Source: Salinispira sp.
Lineage (GTDB): Bacteria; Spirochaetota; Spirochaetia; DSM-27196; Salinispiraceae
Direction: 5' to 3'
Assembly: GCA_965226555.1 (NCBI GenBank)
Contig: CBDDDG010000010.1
Location: 529,921 to 593,920, forward strand
DNA length: 64,000 bases
The position numbers and the translations under genes are program-made. Positions 29,941 through 39,466 of the stretch are shown here, piece by piece. How positions within the stretch are numbered: the first letter of the stretch is position 1; the number at the start of each line of letters is the position of its first letter. The notes below the pieces were generated by a model. The model saw only the letters and a list, made by a program, of their open reading frames with translations, was not told the DNA's origin and ran no database searches.

Positions 29941-31077
29941 ATGATCGATTTCAAAGAAAAACCCGCCCCCGTTCCCTACGACCAAGGATACCGCTCCCTA
30001 CTGTTCCAACCCGCAATAATGCTCCAATTTCTTCAACGCTTTGTCGGAGGCGCATGGACGAAAAAACTCCGAACCGAGGATATAACCATTGAAAACGGTA
30101 CCTTTTTTATCGACCATGCGAAAACACGGATGGCCGACATCGTCTGCAAAATCAGGACTCGGGATCACACGGGAGATGTTGCTATCTATGTGCTCCTTGA
30201 GCATCAGTCTGGAGTGGACAAAGACATGCCCCTCCGCATGTCGGAATATACGAATCTGCTCTATCGGAACATTCACCGCTCCGGAGAAATTCCCGATGAC
30301 TGCGAGGTGGTATTTCTGCCCATTGTGTTCTATAATGGTACGCGAAAATGGAAGGTGCCGGGGAATGTCAGAGAGCGGAACACGCGGGAATTCCCGCAGT
30401 ATCTTGCTCCTTTTCCCTACGATCTTATTAACGAGAGCGATTATTCTGCGGAGCAGCTGCAGCAGCGGGGAAGAATGTTTGCGGCTGTCATGTACCTTGA
30501 TCTGTACTCGAAAAATCTACTGAATACGGATTGGGACATTCGGAAGGTGGAGAAAGCGATAGCAGAAATGCTGAATGAGGAATCGCTGGAGCTGATAGAG
30601 GAATTTGTCGGCGTGGTAGATTCGATGTTCGGAATTGTTATAGACTTTGACACGTTAATGAAACAATTACAAAGAACAAAAGAACCGAGAGGTAAGGAGG
30701 TAGCAAAAATGTTCAGAATGAATGCGGAAACATTCAGAGCGCGCATTGCGGAAATGGGTCGGCAGGAAGGACTTCAGGCAGGATTGCAGACAGGTCGTGA
30801 AGAAGGACTTCAGACAGGTCGGCAGGAAGGATTGCAAGAAGGACTTCAGACAGGATTGCAGACAGGTCGTGAAGAAGGACTGCAGACAGGTCGGCAGGAA
30901 GGACTTCAGACAGGATTGCAGACAGGTCGGCAGGAAGGCCGCGCGGAGGGGCATATTGAGGAACGGAGAAAAAACGCCCGCAGTATGTTTTTGGAAGGCT
31001 TGTCGACCGAGGCTGTTCAGAGAATTACCGGGCTGAGCGATGAGGAAATGCGGACAGTGCGGAACGGATCGCATTAA
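29941..31077 (+). CDS. Rpn/YhgA-family PD-(D/E)XK nuclease
   Basis: YDQGYR, RMADIV, YVLLEHQS..DKDMPLRM, PIVFYNGTRKW, G-x-x-E repeats, C-terminal HTH GLSTEAVQRITGLS; GGAGG RBS. Confidence 0.92.
   Translation: MIDFKEKPAPVPYDQGYRSLLFQPAIMLQFLQRFVGGAWTKKLRTEDITIENGTFFIDHAKTRMADIVCKIRTRDHTGDVAIYVLLEHQSGVDKDMPLRMSEYTNLLYRNIHRSGEIPDDCEVVFLPIVFYNGTRKWKVPGNVRERNTREFPQYLAPFPYDLINESDYSAEQLQQRGRMFAAVMYLDLYSKNLLNTDWDIRKVEKAIAEMLNEESLELIEEFVGVVDSMFGIVIDFDTLMKQLQRTKEPRGKEVAKMFRMNAETFRARIAEMGRQEGLQAGLQTGREEGLQTGRQEGLQEGLQTGLQTGREEGLQTGRQEGLQTGLQTGRQEGRAEGHIEERRKNARSMFLEGLSTEAVQRITGLSDEEMRTVRNGSH
30709..31077 (+). CDS. Putative intragenic RpnS-like small protein (in-frame internal start)
   Basis: TAAGGAGGT followed after 7 nt by in-frame ATG 30709. 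Confidence 0.6.
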   Translation: MFRMNAETFRARIAEMGRQEGLQAGLQTGREEGLQTGRQEGLQEGLQTGLQTGREEGLQTGRQEGLQTGLQTGRQEGRAEGHIEERRKNARSMFLEGLSTEAVQRITGLSDEEMRTVRNGSH

Positions 31078-31081
31078 TTGG

Positions 31082-31195
31082 CGCTGCTCGGCCTGCTCAC
31101 CCAAGCCTCCTGCTCGCCATGCGACTGTTGCTGGGGCTAGGGGCTGGTCGGAGGCTTGCGCATCCGGTTCGCTTATGCGGCGGGGTTAGGTCAAA
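31082..31195. repeat. Family B repeat cluster
   Basis: CTCCTGCTCGCCATGCGACTGTTGCTG..GGGGCTGGTCGGAGGC..TTAGGTCAA. Confidence 0.8.
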
Positions 31196-31259
31196 TAGTA
31201 GAAAGTTTTGCATAAATAAAATTTTGCCTTGAAAAATTGTGCAGAGCACAATTTTCTGT

Positions 31260-31689
31260 GAGAATATCGGGTCAATAAAAGACTATTCAAAAGAAACAAT
31301 TGCCATACTCAAAGATATGATACAGAATGAGAGTGCCGAAAATAAAGAGGTATTGTATGACAAAGTTTTGCATTCTGCAAAACTTTCTACAAAGTGCGAG
31401 AATGCTCCGCACATAAAAGCATTCCAAATGAGAAACTTTTGCTACTGGAAATTGTGCAAGCACAATTTTCCAATGCAAAAGTTTCTGTGAATGGATAAGC
31501 ATACGGTTTTATGGTACGATAACGAAAGATGAGGCAAAGAAATTATTTGCTGCTCGGACCCAGCGTGATCATGCAATCAAAATGTTCAAAGAGGGTCTGT
31601 CTATGGACCTTATTCATAAGATTACCGATCTCAGCAGGGATGAAATTCGAGCATTTCAGAAAAACGGTAGTGAAAACGGTAAAAAGTAA
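31260..31689 (+). pseudogene. Rpn C-terminal-like fragment interrupted by a family A element
   Basis: ENIGSIKDY...EVLY joins EWISIRFYG...AIKMFKEGLSMDLIHKITDLSRDEI when 31360-31487 and one TGA are removed. Confidence 0.65.
31360..31487. mobile_element. Family A triple-hairpin element, reverse orientation relative to 10091
   Basis: C-B-A hairpin order, flanked by TGA on both sides. Confidence 0.8.
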
Positions 31690-31919
31690 CAGCACAGCCG
31701 CGCATTGCCCCCATGTGTCTGTTGCTGAGGATGGGGTGCTGAGGATGGGGTCAGATCACAGTAATATCCCCCCAACGTCCGTAGTCTCATCCTTTGATAT
31801 GTGTTCCTGAATGTAGTATACTCATTGAAAGGTTTACTACTGGAAATTGTGCACGCACAATTTTCCAATGCAAAACTTTCTGTTATTTAATGACCACATA
31901 AGGATCGGAGGGAAACAAT

Positions 31920-32162
31920 ATGAAAACAAATATTGTTGATATAGGTAACTCAAAAGGCATTTTGGTATCACAAGAAATCTTACAACAATGCCATATTACC
32001 GATAAGGCTGATATGAGTGTTCATAAAAACCGTATTGTGTTAGCACCCGTTAAAAAAGTAAGAAAAAACTGGGATCGTGCTTTTCGAAAAATGGCGGAAC
32101 GGAAAGAAGATACACTTTTAATGGAATCAGTCCCTTATAACAACGAAGACTGGCAATGGTGA
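31920..32162 (+). CDS. AbrB/MazE-family antitoxin
   Basis: IGNSKGIL motif, RKNWDRAF, ends EDWQW; GGAGG RBS. Confidence 0.88.
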   Translation: MKTNIVDIGNSKGILVSQEILQQCHITDKADMSVHKNRIVLAPVKKVRKNWDRAFRKMAERKEDTLLMESVPYNNEDWQW

Positions 32163-32262
32163 TAAACCAATACGAAATTTATCTGGTTTGCTTAGATCCG
32201 ACCATCGGTGCAGAAACCAAAAAGTCAAAGATATCATTAAAGAAATGTTGGTGGATGAATAA
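32156..32262 (+). pseudogene. MazF/PemK toxin remnant with large internal deletion
   Basis: N-terminus MVINQYEIYLVCLDPTIGAETKKS fused out of frame to the C-terminus VKDIIKEMLVDE*; RP catalytic core missing. Confidence 0.8.
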
Positions 32263-32288
32263 AATCAATTACTGAGACTATGAGAAAC

Positions 32289-32660
32289 TTTTCCAATGCA
32301 AAAGTTTCCTGTACAAAGTTTTGCAAAATGCAAAACTTTCTATAAAATAGGAGAATGCTAAGCACAAAGAAAGCATTCCTGACGGACGCATGGGCGAGCA
32401 GGAGGCGCAGCCTCCGACCAGCCCTCGGAAACTTTTGCTACTGGAAATTGCGTTCTGCACAATTTTCCAATGCAAAAGTTTCCTGTACAAAGTTTTGCAA
32501 AATGCAAAACTTTCTATAAAATAGGAGAATGCTAAGCACAAAGAAAGCATTCCTGACGGACGCATGGGCGAGCAGGAGGCGCAGCCTCCGACCAGCCCTC
32601 GGAAACTTTTGCTACTGGAAATTGCGTTCTGCACAATTTTCCAATGCAAAAGTTTCCTGT
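32289..32660. repeat. 174-bp perfect tandem duplication of a composite A+B repeat
   Basis: TTTTCCAATGCAAAAGTTTCCTGT starts at 32289, 32463 and 32637; each unit has a family B copy nested in family A. Confidence 0.92.
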
Positions 32661-32684
32661 ATAAATTCATAAAAGGAGGTTTTT

Positions 32685-33716
32685 ATGAAAAAAACTTTAT
32701 GGATCGCTCTGTTGCTAATTATTGCTATTAGTAGCGGAGCATTGTTTGCTGGTGGAGGCAGTGAGTCCGGAGAAGCATCCGGGCGGCATGCCTTCGTGTT
32801 TAAGAATACCGGAAATCCTTATGGCGATAAGCAGATGGAAGGTTTCGCGGATGGTATACGGGAACTGGGGCTTGAACCCATTACCCGCGCTCCCGATCAG
32901 CCCAGTGCTGAGGCTCAAATTCAGATTATTGAGCAGCTCATTGCGCAGGGGGTCGATTCCATTACCATTACTGCCAACGATTTTGATGCCCTGCAGCCGG
33001 TGCTTGAAAAGGCCCGCGATGCCGGCATTGCGGTACTCTCGGCCGACTCGGCGCTGAATCCTGCAAGCCGCATCACCCACATTAATCAGGCTGACTCGGA
33101 GAGGATCGGAAGAACCCTCATTCAGGCTGCCTACGATATGGCGGGAGGCGCCGGAGAAATTGCCATTCTTTCGGCAACAAGCCAGGCTTCCAATCAGAAT
33201 CTGTGGATTGAGTGGATGGAGAAGGAGCTTGCGGAGAATGCCGATAAGTACAAGGATATCGATCTGGTAGCCGTTGTGTATGGCGATGATCTGCGCGACA
33301 AGTCGGTGAGTGAGACTGAAGCTCTGCTCCAGCGCTTTCCGAATTTAAAGGTCATTATTGCGCCCACCACGGTAGGTATTGCAGCTGCCGGACGGGTAAT
33401 TACTGACCGCGGTCTCATTGGGCAAATAAGTGTTACCGGTCTCGGGTTGCCGTCTGAAATGGCTGAGTACATTGAGAACGGGGCAACGCCCTATATGTTC
33501 CTGTGGAATCCTGTTGATGTTGGTTATCTTTCCGCCTTTGCCGCGGTTTCCGCTTCCGAAGGGGAGCTGAATGGCGCTGTGGGCGAAGGGTTTTCTGCCG
33601 GACGTCTGGGCAATTTTGAGGTGGTTCAAGCCGGCGATGGCGGTACTGAGGTACTCCTTGGCGCGCCCTTCAAGTTTGAACCGGGCAACATTGCCGAATG
33701 GAAGACTGTCTACTAA
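32685..33716 (+). CDS. Rhamnose ABC transporter substrate-binding protein
   Basis: KNTGNPYG, ILSATSQASNQNLWI, IIAPTTVGI, LWNPVDVGY. Confidence 0.92.
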   Translation: MKKTLWIALLLIIAISSGALFAGGGSESGEASGRHAFVFKNTGNPYGDKQMEGFADGIRELGLEPITRAPDQPSAEAQIQIIEQLIAQGVDSITITANDFDALQPVLEKARDAGIAVLSADSALNPASRITHINQADSERIGRTLIQAAYDMAGGAGEIAILSATSQASNQNLWIEWMEKELAENADKYKDIDLVAVVYGDDLRDKSVSETEALLQRFPNLKVIIAPTTVGIAAAGRVITDRGLIGQISVTGLGLPSEMAEYIENGATPYMFLWNPVDVGYLSAFAAVSASEGELNGAVGEGFSAGRLGNFEVVQAGDGGTEVLLGAPFKFEPGNIAEWKTVY

Positions 33717-33729
33717 GCCGACCGGTTGT

Positions 33730-33778
33730 CCGCGCAGCTACATGACGAGCCGCGCAGCTACATGACGAGCCGCGCAGC
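33730..33778. repeat. 20-bp tandem repeat x2.5
   Basis: CCGCGCAGCTACATGACGAG repeated. Confidence 0.8.
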
Positions 33779-33805
33779 GGCAGGTAGTATAGGTAGATAT
33801 AATAG

Positions 33806-33835
33806 AGGCTCGGGGAATTCCCCGAGCCTTTTTTT
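33806..33835 (+). terminator. Rho-independent terminator
   Basis: AGGCTCGGGG-AATT-CCCCGAGCC followed by T7. Confidence 0.88.
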
Positions 33836-33872
33836 GAGCGTAAAGTCCTCGCTCGGCGGTTAATGCTGCGGC

Positions 33873-35363
33873 TTAGTTCTGCGGGTTGTAGTTCTGCGGG
33901 GGGTGATGTTTGCGGATGAGCGCCCGTCCTTCTGCAATGGATGATATTTCCCCGCAGGTCAGGGACTGCATGAGCAGGTTGCCTAAGGCGGTTGCCTCCG
34001 CGGGGCCCGCGCTGTTTGTAATGCCGGTTTCGTTTGCGGTGAGCTGGCAGAGCAGTTCATTCCGGCAGCCGCCTCCTATTATATAGAGGGTTTTCGCGCG
34101 GGAACCGGTGAGTTCGGCGAGAATGTCCAGATTTTCTGCGTAGCACTTCGCAAGGCTTTCCATAATAACCAACGCTGTTTCGCCCATGTTTTGAGGCGGC
34201 TGCTGGGCTGTTTCCCTGCAGAATTCCTGCACCCGCTGAACCATACCATTGCCCGGCTCGCCGGGTTTGAGGAAGCGCGGGTCATCAACATCGATGAGCG
34301 AAGGGCGCAGCATCCGATTGCCCTCTGCCGCTGCATCTGCCGTTTCCTTGGCTGCGCTGACAATGCTGCCATAATCCGGGAGCCCGCCATCTGCCCACTC
34401 GCGGCGGCATTCCTGCAGAATCCATAACCCCATAATGTTTTTCAGAAATCGGAAACCCCCATCCGCCCCGCCCTCATTGGTGAAGTTGGCTGCCAGCGCT
34501 GCCTCGTTTATGAGCACCTCGTCCGACTCACGTCCCAGCAGGCTCCATGTCCCGCTTGAGAGATAGGCGTAAGTGCTGTTTTCGCTGCCACCGCCGCCAA
34601 TGGAACCGCCGCCGGTGTGGGCGGCGGTTTCGGGGAGGGGCAGGGCTGCCACTGCCGAGCCGGTGTCGTGGCAGGCGGGGGCAATAACTTTTACCCCGGA
34701 CGGAGCGCCAACGGCGCGGCGGATATCATCATTCAATGACCCCAGAACTGTGCCCGAGGGCACCACCCTGCCGAAGAGCTGCCGTGGAATGTTCAGCTCG
34801 TCAATGAGATCCCATGCCCAGTCCCGGGCAAGCGGATTATAAAGCTGGGTGGTGGTGGCATTGCTGAATTCGTTGGCTTTCACACCGCAGAGCCAGTAAT
34901 TGAGCAGGTCGGGAATGGTCAGGAAACTGCGGGCGGCTGCCAGCCGGGCACTTCGGTTTTCGACTTCTTCCCGGAGTTGATAGATGGTGTTAAAGGGCAG
35001 AAACTGAATGCCGGTTGCGCCGTAAATCCGCATATCGCCCAGCATGGCCCGCACCGATTCCATGATTCCATCGCTTCGGGCATCACGATAATGGAAGGGA
35101 TTGCCCAGCATATCGCCCGAGGCATCGAGCAGGGCATAATCGACCCCCCATGAATCGATGCCGATGGAAACAATGCGCTTCCCGTAGCGGGTGAACGCTG
35201 CCCGGCAACCCGCCAGTATTTCGGCATATAATGCCGCTGCGTCCCAGTACAGGTGGCGGACGCGCAGTAATGGGGTGGGAAAACGGTGAATAACATCGAA
35301 TGTTGTCAGATCACCGGCAATGACCCGACCGCTTTCGGCTCCTAAATCGATTGCAATGTGCAT
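33873..35363 (-). CDS. rhaB: Rhamnulokinase
   Basis: AIDLGAESGR, GIDSWGVDY, CHDTGSAV, SSGTWSLLG, FLKNIMGLWILQEC; ATG 35363 with GAGGAG RBS. Confidence 0.93.
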   Translation of the reverse strand: MHIAIDLGAESGRVIAGDLTTFDVIHRFPTPLLRVRHLYWDAAALYAEILAGCRAAFTRYGKRIVSIGIDSWGVDYALLDASGDMLGNPFHYRDARSDGIMESVRAMLGDMRIYGATGIQFLPFNTIYQLREEVENRSARLAAARSFLTIPDLLNYWLCGVKANEFSNATTTQLYNPLARDWAWDLIDELNIPRQLFGRVVPSGTVLGSLNDDIRRAVGAPSGVKVIAPACHDTGSAVAALPLPETAAHTGGGSIGGGGSENSTYAYLSSGTWSLLGRESDEVLINEAALAANFTNEGGADGGFRFLKNIMGLWILQECRREWADGGLPDYGSIVSAAKETADAAAEGNRMLRPSLIDVDDPRFLKPGEPGNGMVQRVQEFCRETAQQPPQNMGETALVIMESLAKCYAENLDILAELTGSRAKTLYIIGGGCRNELLCQLTANETGITNSAGPAEATALGNLLMQSLTCGEISSIAEGRALIRKHHPPQNYNPQN

Positions 35364-35425
35364 TGTTTTCTCCTCTTTGTCGGCTGCGCTCAATGGCTTG
35401 CTGGCGCGGGCGCGGGGCGGGCGGA

Positions 35426-36553
35426 TCAGGTAGTTTTCGCAGCGCGGTATTTTTCTGCCTCCCAGTTCCGAATAAAATTGATGTTGGCCTCCGGCATGAA
35501 TTGGACGCCGCCGAAGGAACGGGCATACATGACAATTTTCACATTGTCCTCAAAAAGCTGTCTGGCCAGCGCTGCTTTCCGGTCATTTTCCTGAGCGGCA
35601 ATAATTCCCTGCCCCTTCACGGCAATTATTACCGGCGCGAATCCTTCATTGTGCTGAAAGGCAGCAATATCATGCTCCAGTTCGGCAGGATCGTTCACGA
35701 AGAGCGGGCGGTATCCGCAATAGACAATGTGATCGGGGGTAATGCTGAGCCTGAGCCCGGCGAAGTTCTGCTCATTCATAATGCAGTTGTCGATGTCGCT
35801 GTTCGTGAACATGAGCAGGGACTTGCCGGGGAGGGCGGCTGCGGCTCTGGTCATTAAACGCCTGCTCACGCTGTCGGTGAGTTCATGGCTGTTCTGCGCT
35901 GGTTCTTTGTCGATGCGCTGCGCGATGCGGCTGAACAGCGCGCCGTATATGCTGCGTATTTCCGCGGCGCTGTCGGCAGCGGCGAAGACGCCGTGGTTCT
36001 GCAAAAGCATCAGCTTCGTTGATGCAGGGCGGGAACGGGAGCGCTCAAGGGCTTCCCTCAGCGCGGCAGCCAGAACATATCCGGGATCCAGCACCGGCAA
36101 CCAGATAAATTCCTCCCCGAGTATTTCCCGGGCGGCGCGGACATTGTCCGCTGAGCAGGTCAGTCCATTGACCATTGTCGGATGAATGTGCACCACATAG
36201 CGGAAGGGAAAGAGATTGTGCAGCAGAGACTCCACGCTGGGTCTCCGGGCATTCCCGGCAGCGCTGCCCCCCGCTGCGCGGGCATTCATCATGTCGGCGA
36301 GCACGGCAGCCTCGCGCGCATCGGCATCGCGCGAATAGGTTTTTGTCCATATGGCATTGAGAGCTCTGCGCGACATTGCAACGAAGCCATCGGCATTAAT
36401 GCCCGCGAGCGGAATGCCGGAGGCCTTCACGTGGAGAATCTCATTGTTCTTAACCGACGTGTTGCCGCCGCCGCCCAGCACATAGTCCGGGTTGGCTCCG
36501 TATTCGCGGGAGAGGGCGATAATGGTGTTCAAATCCTGGTCAGCGCTGCGCAT
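35426..36553 (-). CDS. Class II aldolase/adducin-family protein (RhaD-like)
   Basis: GGGGNTSVK, RPSVESLLH, HIHP, LQNHG, TPDHIVYCG; lies between rhaA and rhaB. Confidence 0.85.
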   Translation of the reverse strand: MRSADQDLNTIIALSREYGANPDYVLGGGGNTSVKNNEILHVKASGIPLAGINADGFVAMSRRALNAIWTKTYSRDADAREAAVLADMMNARAAGGSAAGNARRPSVESLLHNLFPFRYVVHIHPTMVNGLTCSADNVRAAREILGEEFIWLPVLDPGYVLAAALREALERSRSRPASTKLMLLQNHGVFAAADSAAEIRSIYGALFSRIAQRIDKEPAQNSHELTDSVSRRLMTRAAAALPGKSLLMFTNSDIDNCIMNEQNFAGLRLSITPDHIVYCGYRPLFVNDPAELEHDIAAFQHNEGFAPVIIAVKGQGIIAAQENDRKAALARQLFEDNVKIVMYARSFGGVQFMPEANINFIRNWEAEKYRAAKTT

Positions 36554-36554
36554 G

Positions 36555-37808
36555 TCAGCTCCGTACCGATAATACCCTTCGCTCGTAGTTCATAACCTCG
36601 GTAATGAGTTCGCGGTCGGTCGGCACATTCTCCGAACGGCAGTATTCATCCCAGACCAGTCCCAACGGCATTGTCTTGAGTTCCTCCAGCAGCGCGAGCC
36701 GGGCGAAGAAATTGCCCTCAGCATCGTATTTTTGCAGGATATCACGGGGTTCGAGCAGGGCGGCTAACAGGGCCTTCAGGGTAGCGCGGCTGCCGAGGGC
36801 GTAGGCGCCAATGCGGTTAATGGTGGCATCAAAAAAATCTAATCCAATGTGAGTTTTCTCCAAAACATCGGCGCGCGCCAATTCCTGCATGAGGGCGAGG
36901 AGATCATCGTTGAGAATGACCACGTGGTCCGAGTCCCAGCGCATCGGGCGGCTGACATGCAGCAGCAGTTCATCCTGAAATTGGAAGATGGCCGATATTT
37001 TATCGGCAAGCGATTCAGTCGGATGAAAATGTCCCATGTCGAGGCAGAGAAGAATGTGACGGGTGAGCGAATATCCGAGATAAAACTCATGAGAACCCGT
37101 TACGTAGGCCTCGCTGCCAATACCGAAGAGCTTCGACTCCACCGCATCGCGCATGAAATTCCGGGGAAACTTCAGGCTCAGTATTTCATCGAGGCTTTCG
37201 GTCAGCAAACGGCGGTGACCGCAGCGGTCCACCGGCAGATCCTTGGAGCCATCGGGAATCCAGATATTATGGATGCAGGGGCTGCCCTGCGCTTCCCCGA
37301 ACCATGCCGCAATCTTCCTGCTCTGCTTCACATGGTCAATCCAGAACCGTCGTATTCCGCTGTCCTTATGACTCAGGGTAAATCCATCGTCCGCATGACG
37401 ATGCGCGAAGAGGGTGGCGTTAAAATCGAGCGCTATGCCATGCTCCATTCCCCATTCCAGCCAGCTTGCGAAATGCCGGGTGTCAATTTCATCGCGATCG
37501 ACCTGTTCATCGGCAAAATCGCCGTAACTGGCATGGAGGCTGAGCCGGTGCCGACCGGGAATAAGACTACAGGCCATTATCAGATCATCGCGGAGCTCGG
37601 CAATACTGCCCGCCCTGCCCGGATAATTACCGGTAACCTGTATGCCCCCCTTGTCCAGCCCCCCGCGGGCTGTCTCAAAGCCGCCGACATCATCGCCCTG
37701 CCAGCAATGGATACTCAGCGGCTGCTGCCTCAATGCGGCAATGGCCTCATCAACATTGACCCCCAGTTCTCCGTAAGAACTGCGCGCAAAATCCAGTGAT
37801 GCATTCAT
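36555..37808 (-). CDS. rhaA: L-rhamnose isomerase
   Basis: SIHCWQGDDVGGFE, NIWIPDGSKD, ESKLFGIGSE, RPMRWDSDHVV, LDFFDATINRI. Confidence 0.96.
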   Translation of the reverse strand: MNASLDFARSSYGELGVNVDEAIAALRQQPLSIHCWQGDDVGGFETARGGLDKGGIQVTGNYPGRAGSIAELRDDLIMACSLIPGRHRLSLHASYGDFADEQVDRDEIDTRHFASWLEWGMEHGIALDFNATLFAHRHADDGFTLSHKDSGIRRFWIDHVKQSRKIAAWFGEAQGSPCIHNIWIPDGSKDLPVDRCGHRRLLTESLDEILSLKFPRNFMRDAVESKLFGIGSEAYVTGSHEFYLGYSLTRHILLCLDMGHFHPTESLADKISAIFQFQDELLLHVSRPMRWDSDHVVILNDDLLALMQELARADVLEKTHIGLDFFDATINRIGAYALGSRATLKALLAALLEPRDILQKYDAEGNFFARLALLEELKTMPLGLVWDEYCRSENVPTDRELITEVMNYERRVLSVRS

Positions 37809-38012
37809 ATATCCTCCCATTAGCACATTTTGCATTATACACAAAATCGGAACAACGGCGCTGCGCCTGTATTTCCCATATAATAGAAACTTTTGCAAAA
37901 GTTTGGGATATTACGGTTTGATCAGACCCCACTTTGACCTATTTATGCGATCATTTCTTCCGATTCCCTCCATCGCCCGCGGGGAGATCGCGTGAGCCGT
38001 TGCTGGGGAGAA

Positions 38013-38960
38013 TTAGAAGTTGCCGATGGGTATGAGCTGCGATTGGATAATGTTCCGGCTCTCTTCATCGCTGAGGCCGCTGATATGGGGACGGGGTGTT
38101 TCAGGGGGGAGAATATCATCCAGAACCCCCGCGCCCCCCACATCTTCCACATCTTCCGAAACCTCCGCAATAGATATGCCTTCCGGCGGCAAGTGGCTGC
38201 TCCCCGTGGACTGATGCAGCTCTGTGATATTGCCGTAAACGGTCAGGTTCACCGTTCCTCTGAGTTGATTATGCGGAAAAAGACGAATGAACGCGTAATT
38301 GTCGGTAAAAGGGAGGAGCTGCACCCAGCCGGGAAAGGTACTTTCTATTTTGAAACTTCGTTCGGGAACATCGGGCAGGGGGATTTTGAGAAGCACTTCA
38401 TCATAGGCAGCGCTTTCGGGATTTTTCAGCTCAACTCGGTGGGTATAGAGGGCTTGCCCAGATGTATTGTCGTACACAATTGTGTTATTTCCATTATGCA
38501 TGGTAAGAATGTCATTGAAGTGATACTCGCGGAGAGAATGCTGCGGAGGTGTTCTGTCTTCCACGAGCTCCGCCTGCAATGAGGGGGAGGTATTGTGAGC
38601 AAGCGGACGGGGAATAGTATTGATGTTGGTGAGGAGCATGCCGTTGCTCTCCCGCTGATTCCGGGTAACAACAATATCGCCGGAGCGCATTTCATCGGGC
38701 ATGCGGAACTCAATGCGGGAAGATTCCCACAGAAGAATATGCGATTTTGTTATGTGTTGATTTCCGACGCGAAGCGTACTCCCGGGTTCCTGTAGTCCGA
38801 AAAAGTATCCGCGAATGGTAACGGAGGAGCCCGGAAATGCCTGCTGGGGAGATACATGCGTTAACACGGGTTTTCTCAGGAATAGAAAAACCGCAATGAG
38901 GAAACACAGCAGAACAAGGACGGAGGCAATGAGAAGCCAGCGGTGATGTTTCAGACTCAT
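38013..38960 (-). CDS. IPT/TIG domain membrane-anchored protein
   Basis: N-terminal TM, then PVLTHVSP..PGSSVTIRGYFFG and WESSRIEFRMP. Confidence 0.7.
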   Translation of the reverse strand: MSLKHHRWLLIASVLVLLCFLIAVFLFLRKPVLTHVSPQQAFPGSSVTIRGYFFGLQEPGSTLRVGNQHITKSHILLWESSRIEFRMPDEMRSGDIVVTRNQRESNGMLLTNINTIPRPLAHNTSPSLQAELVEDRTPPQHSLREYHFNDILTMHNGNNTIVYDNTSGQALYTHRVELKNPESAAYDEVLLKIPLPDVPERSFKIESTFPGWVQLLPFTDNYAFIRLFPHNQLRGTVNLTVYGNITELHQSTGSSHLPPEGISIAEVSEDVEDVGGAGVLDDILPPETPRPHISGLSDEESRNIIQSQLIPIGNF

Positions 38961-39466
38961 TGCCCTTCCGATTCCGCTGTGTCAGCGGCCGTTACGACAA
39001 GTTGATATTCGGATACCAGAATTTCAAGCTCAAGATTTGCCGACTGTTCATTTCCGGCGTCTATACCAAGAGGATAGAAAATAACCGGAGTGCCGGAGTT
39101 AATGGGAATACTCTTCAAGCTTGTCTGATAACGCATTTTGTTATCGGTGTTATTTCTCACCCAGGCCTCTCCCTGAGCAATTAAGGTTATTGTCTCGTTT
39201 CTGTTCCGAAACGGAACAAATTCCACATCGACAATAATGTTGCCCCCGCTGAGATGTAAATCGACTCCCTTTCCGGGAATGGTCCATTCATCGATGTCGA
39301 AGTTCCAGATAACCTCATTGTTGTTCTGCAGCACGCGGACATTGATGTATATTCTGAGGATATTGTCGCCTGTGTTTTCACGGTTACTCCCCTCGTCCTG
39401 CGCAGGGAGGAGATTACCCGCAAATCCGTTGATAAAAAGAAAGAAAAGGAGAACTGCCAGCCTCAT
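38957..39466 (-). CDS. Exported hypothetical protein
   Basis: Signal peptide; overlaps both neighbours in the sigma-factor operon. Confidence 0.7.
   Translation of the reverse strand: MRLAVLLFFLFINGFAGNLLPAQDEGSNRENTGDNILRIYINVRVLQNNNEVIWNFDIDEWTIPGKGVDLHLSGGNIIVDVEFVPFRNRNETITLIAQGEAWVRNNTDNKMRYQTSLKSIPINSGTPVIFYPLGIDAGNEQSANLELEILVSEYQLVVTAADTAESEGQ

Noticed and set aside
31239..31868. Small ORFs 31239-31490, 31287-31502, 31529-31810 and 31656-31868
   Set aside because: Products of repeat DNA or wrong frames over the Rpn-fragment pseudogene
29400..32280. Classical integron
   Set aside because: No tyrosine integrase and no recognisable attC core sites; kept only as an analogy
32278..32670. 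130-aa ORF with a 58-aa repeat, or a possible CRISPR array
   Set aside because: It is the translation of the 174-bp repeat duplication; units are identical with no unique spacers and there are no cas genes
33730..33778. Possible mini-CRISPR
   Set aside because: Head-to-tail 20-bp repeats without spacers
22160..37799. Long antisense ORFs (22160-23041, 24029-25057, 36849-37799)
   Set aside because: They lie opposite well-supported GC-rich genes and show no recognisable motifs
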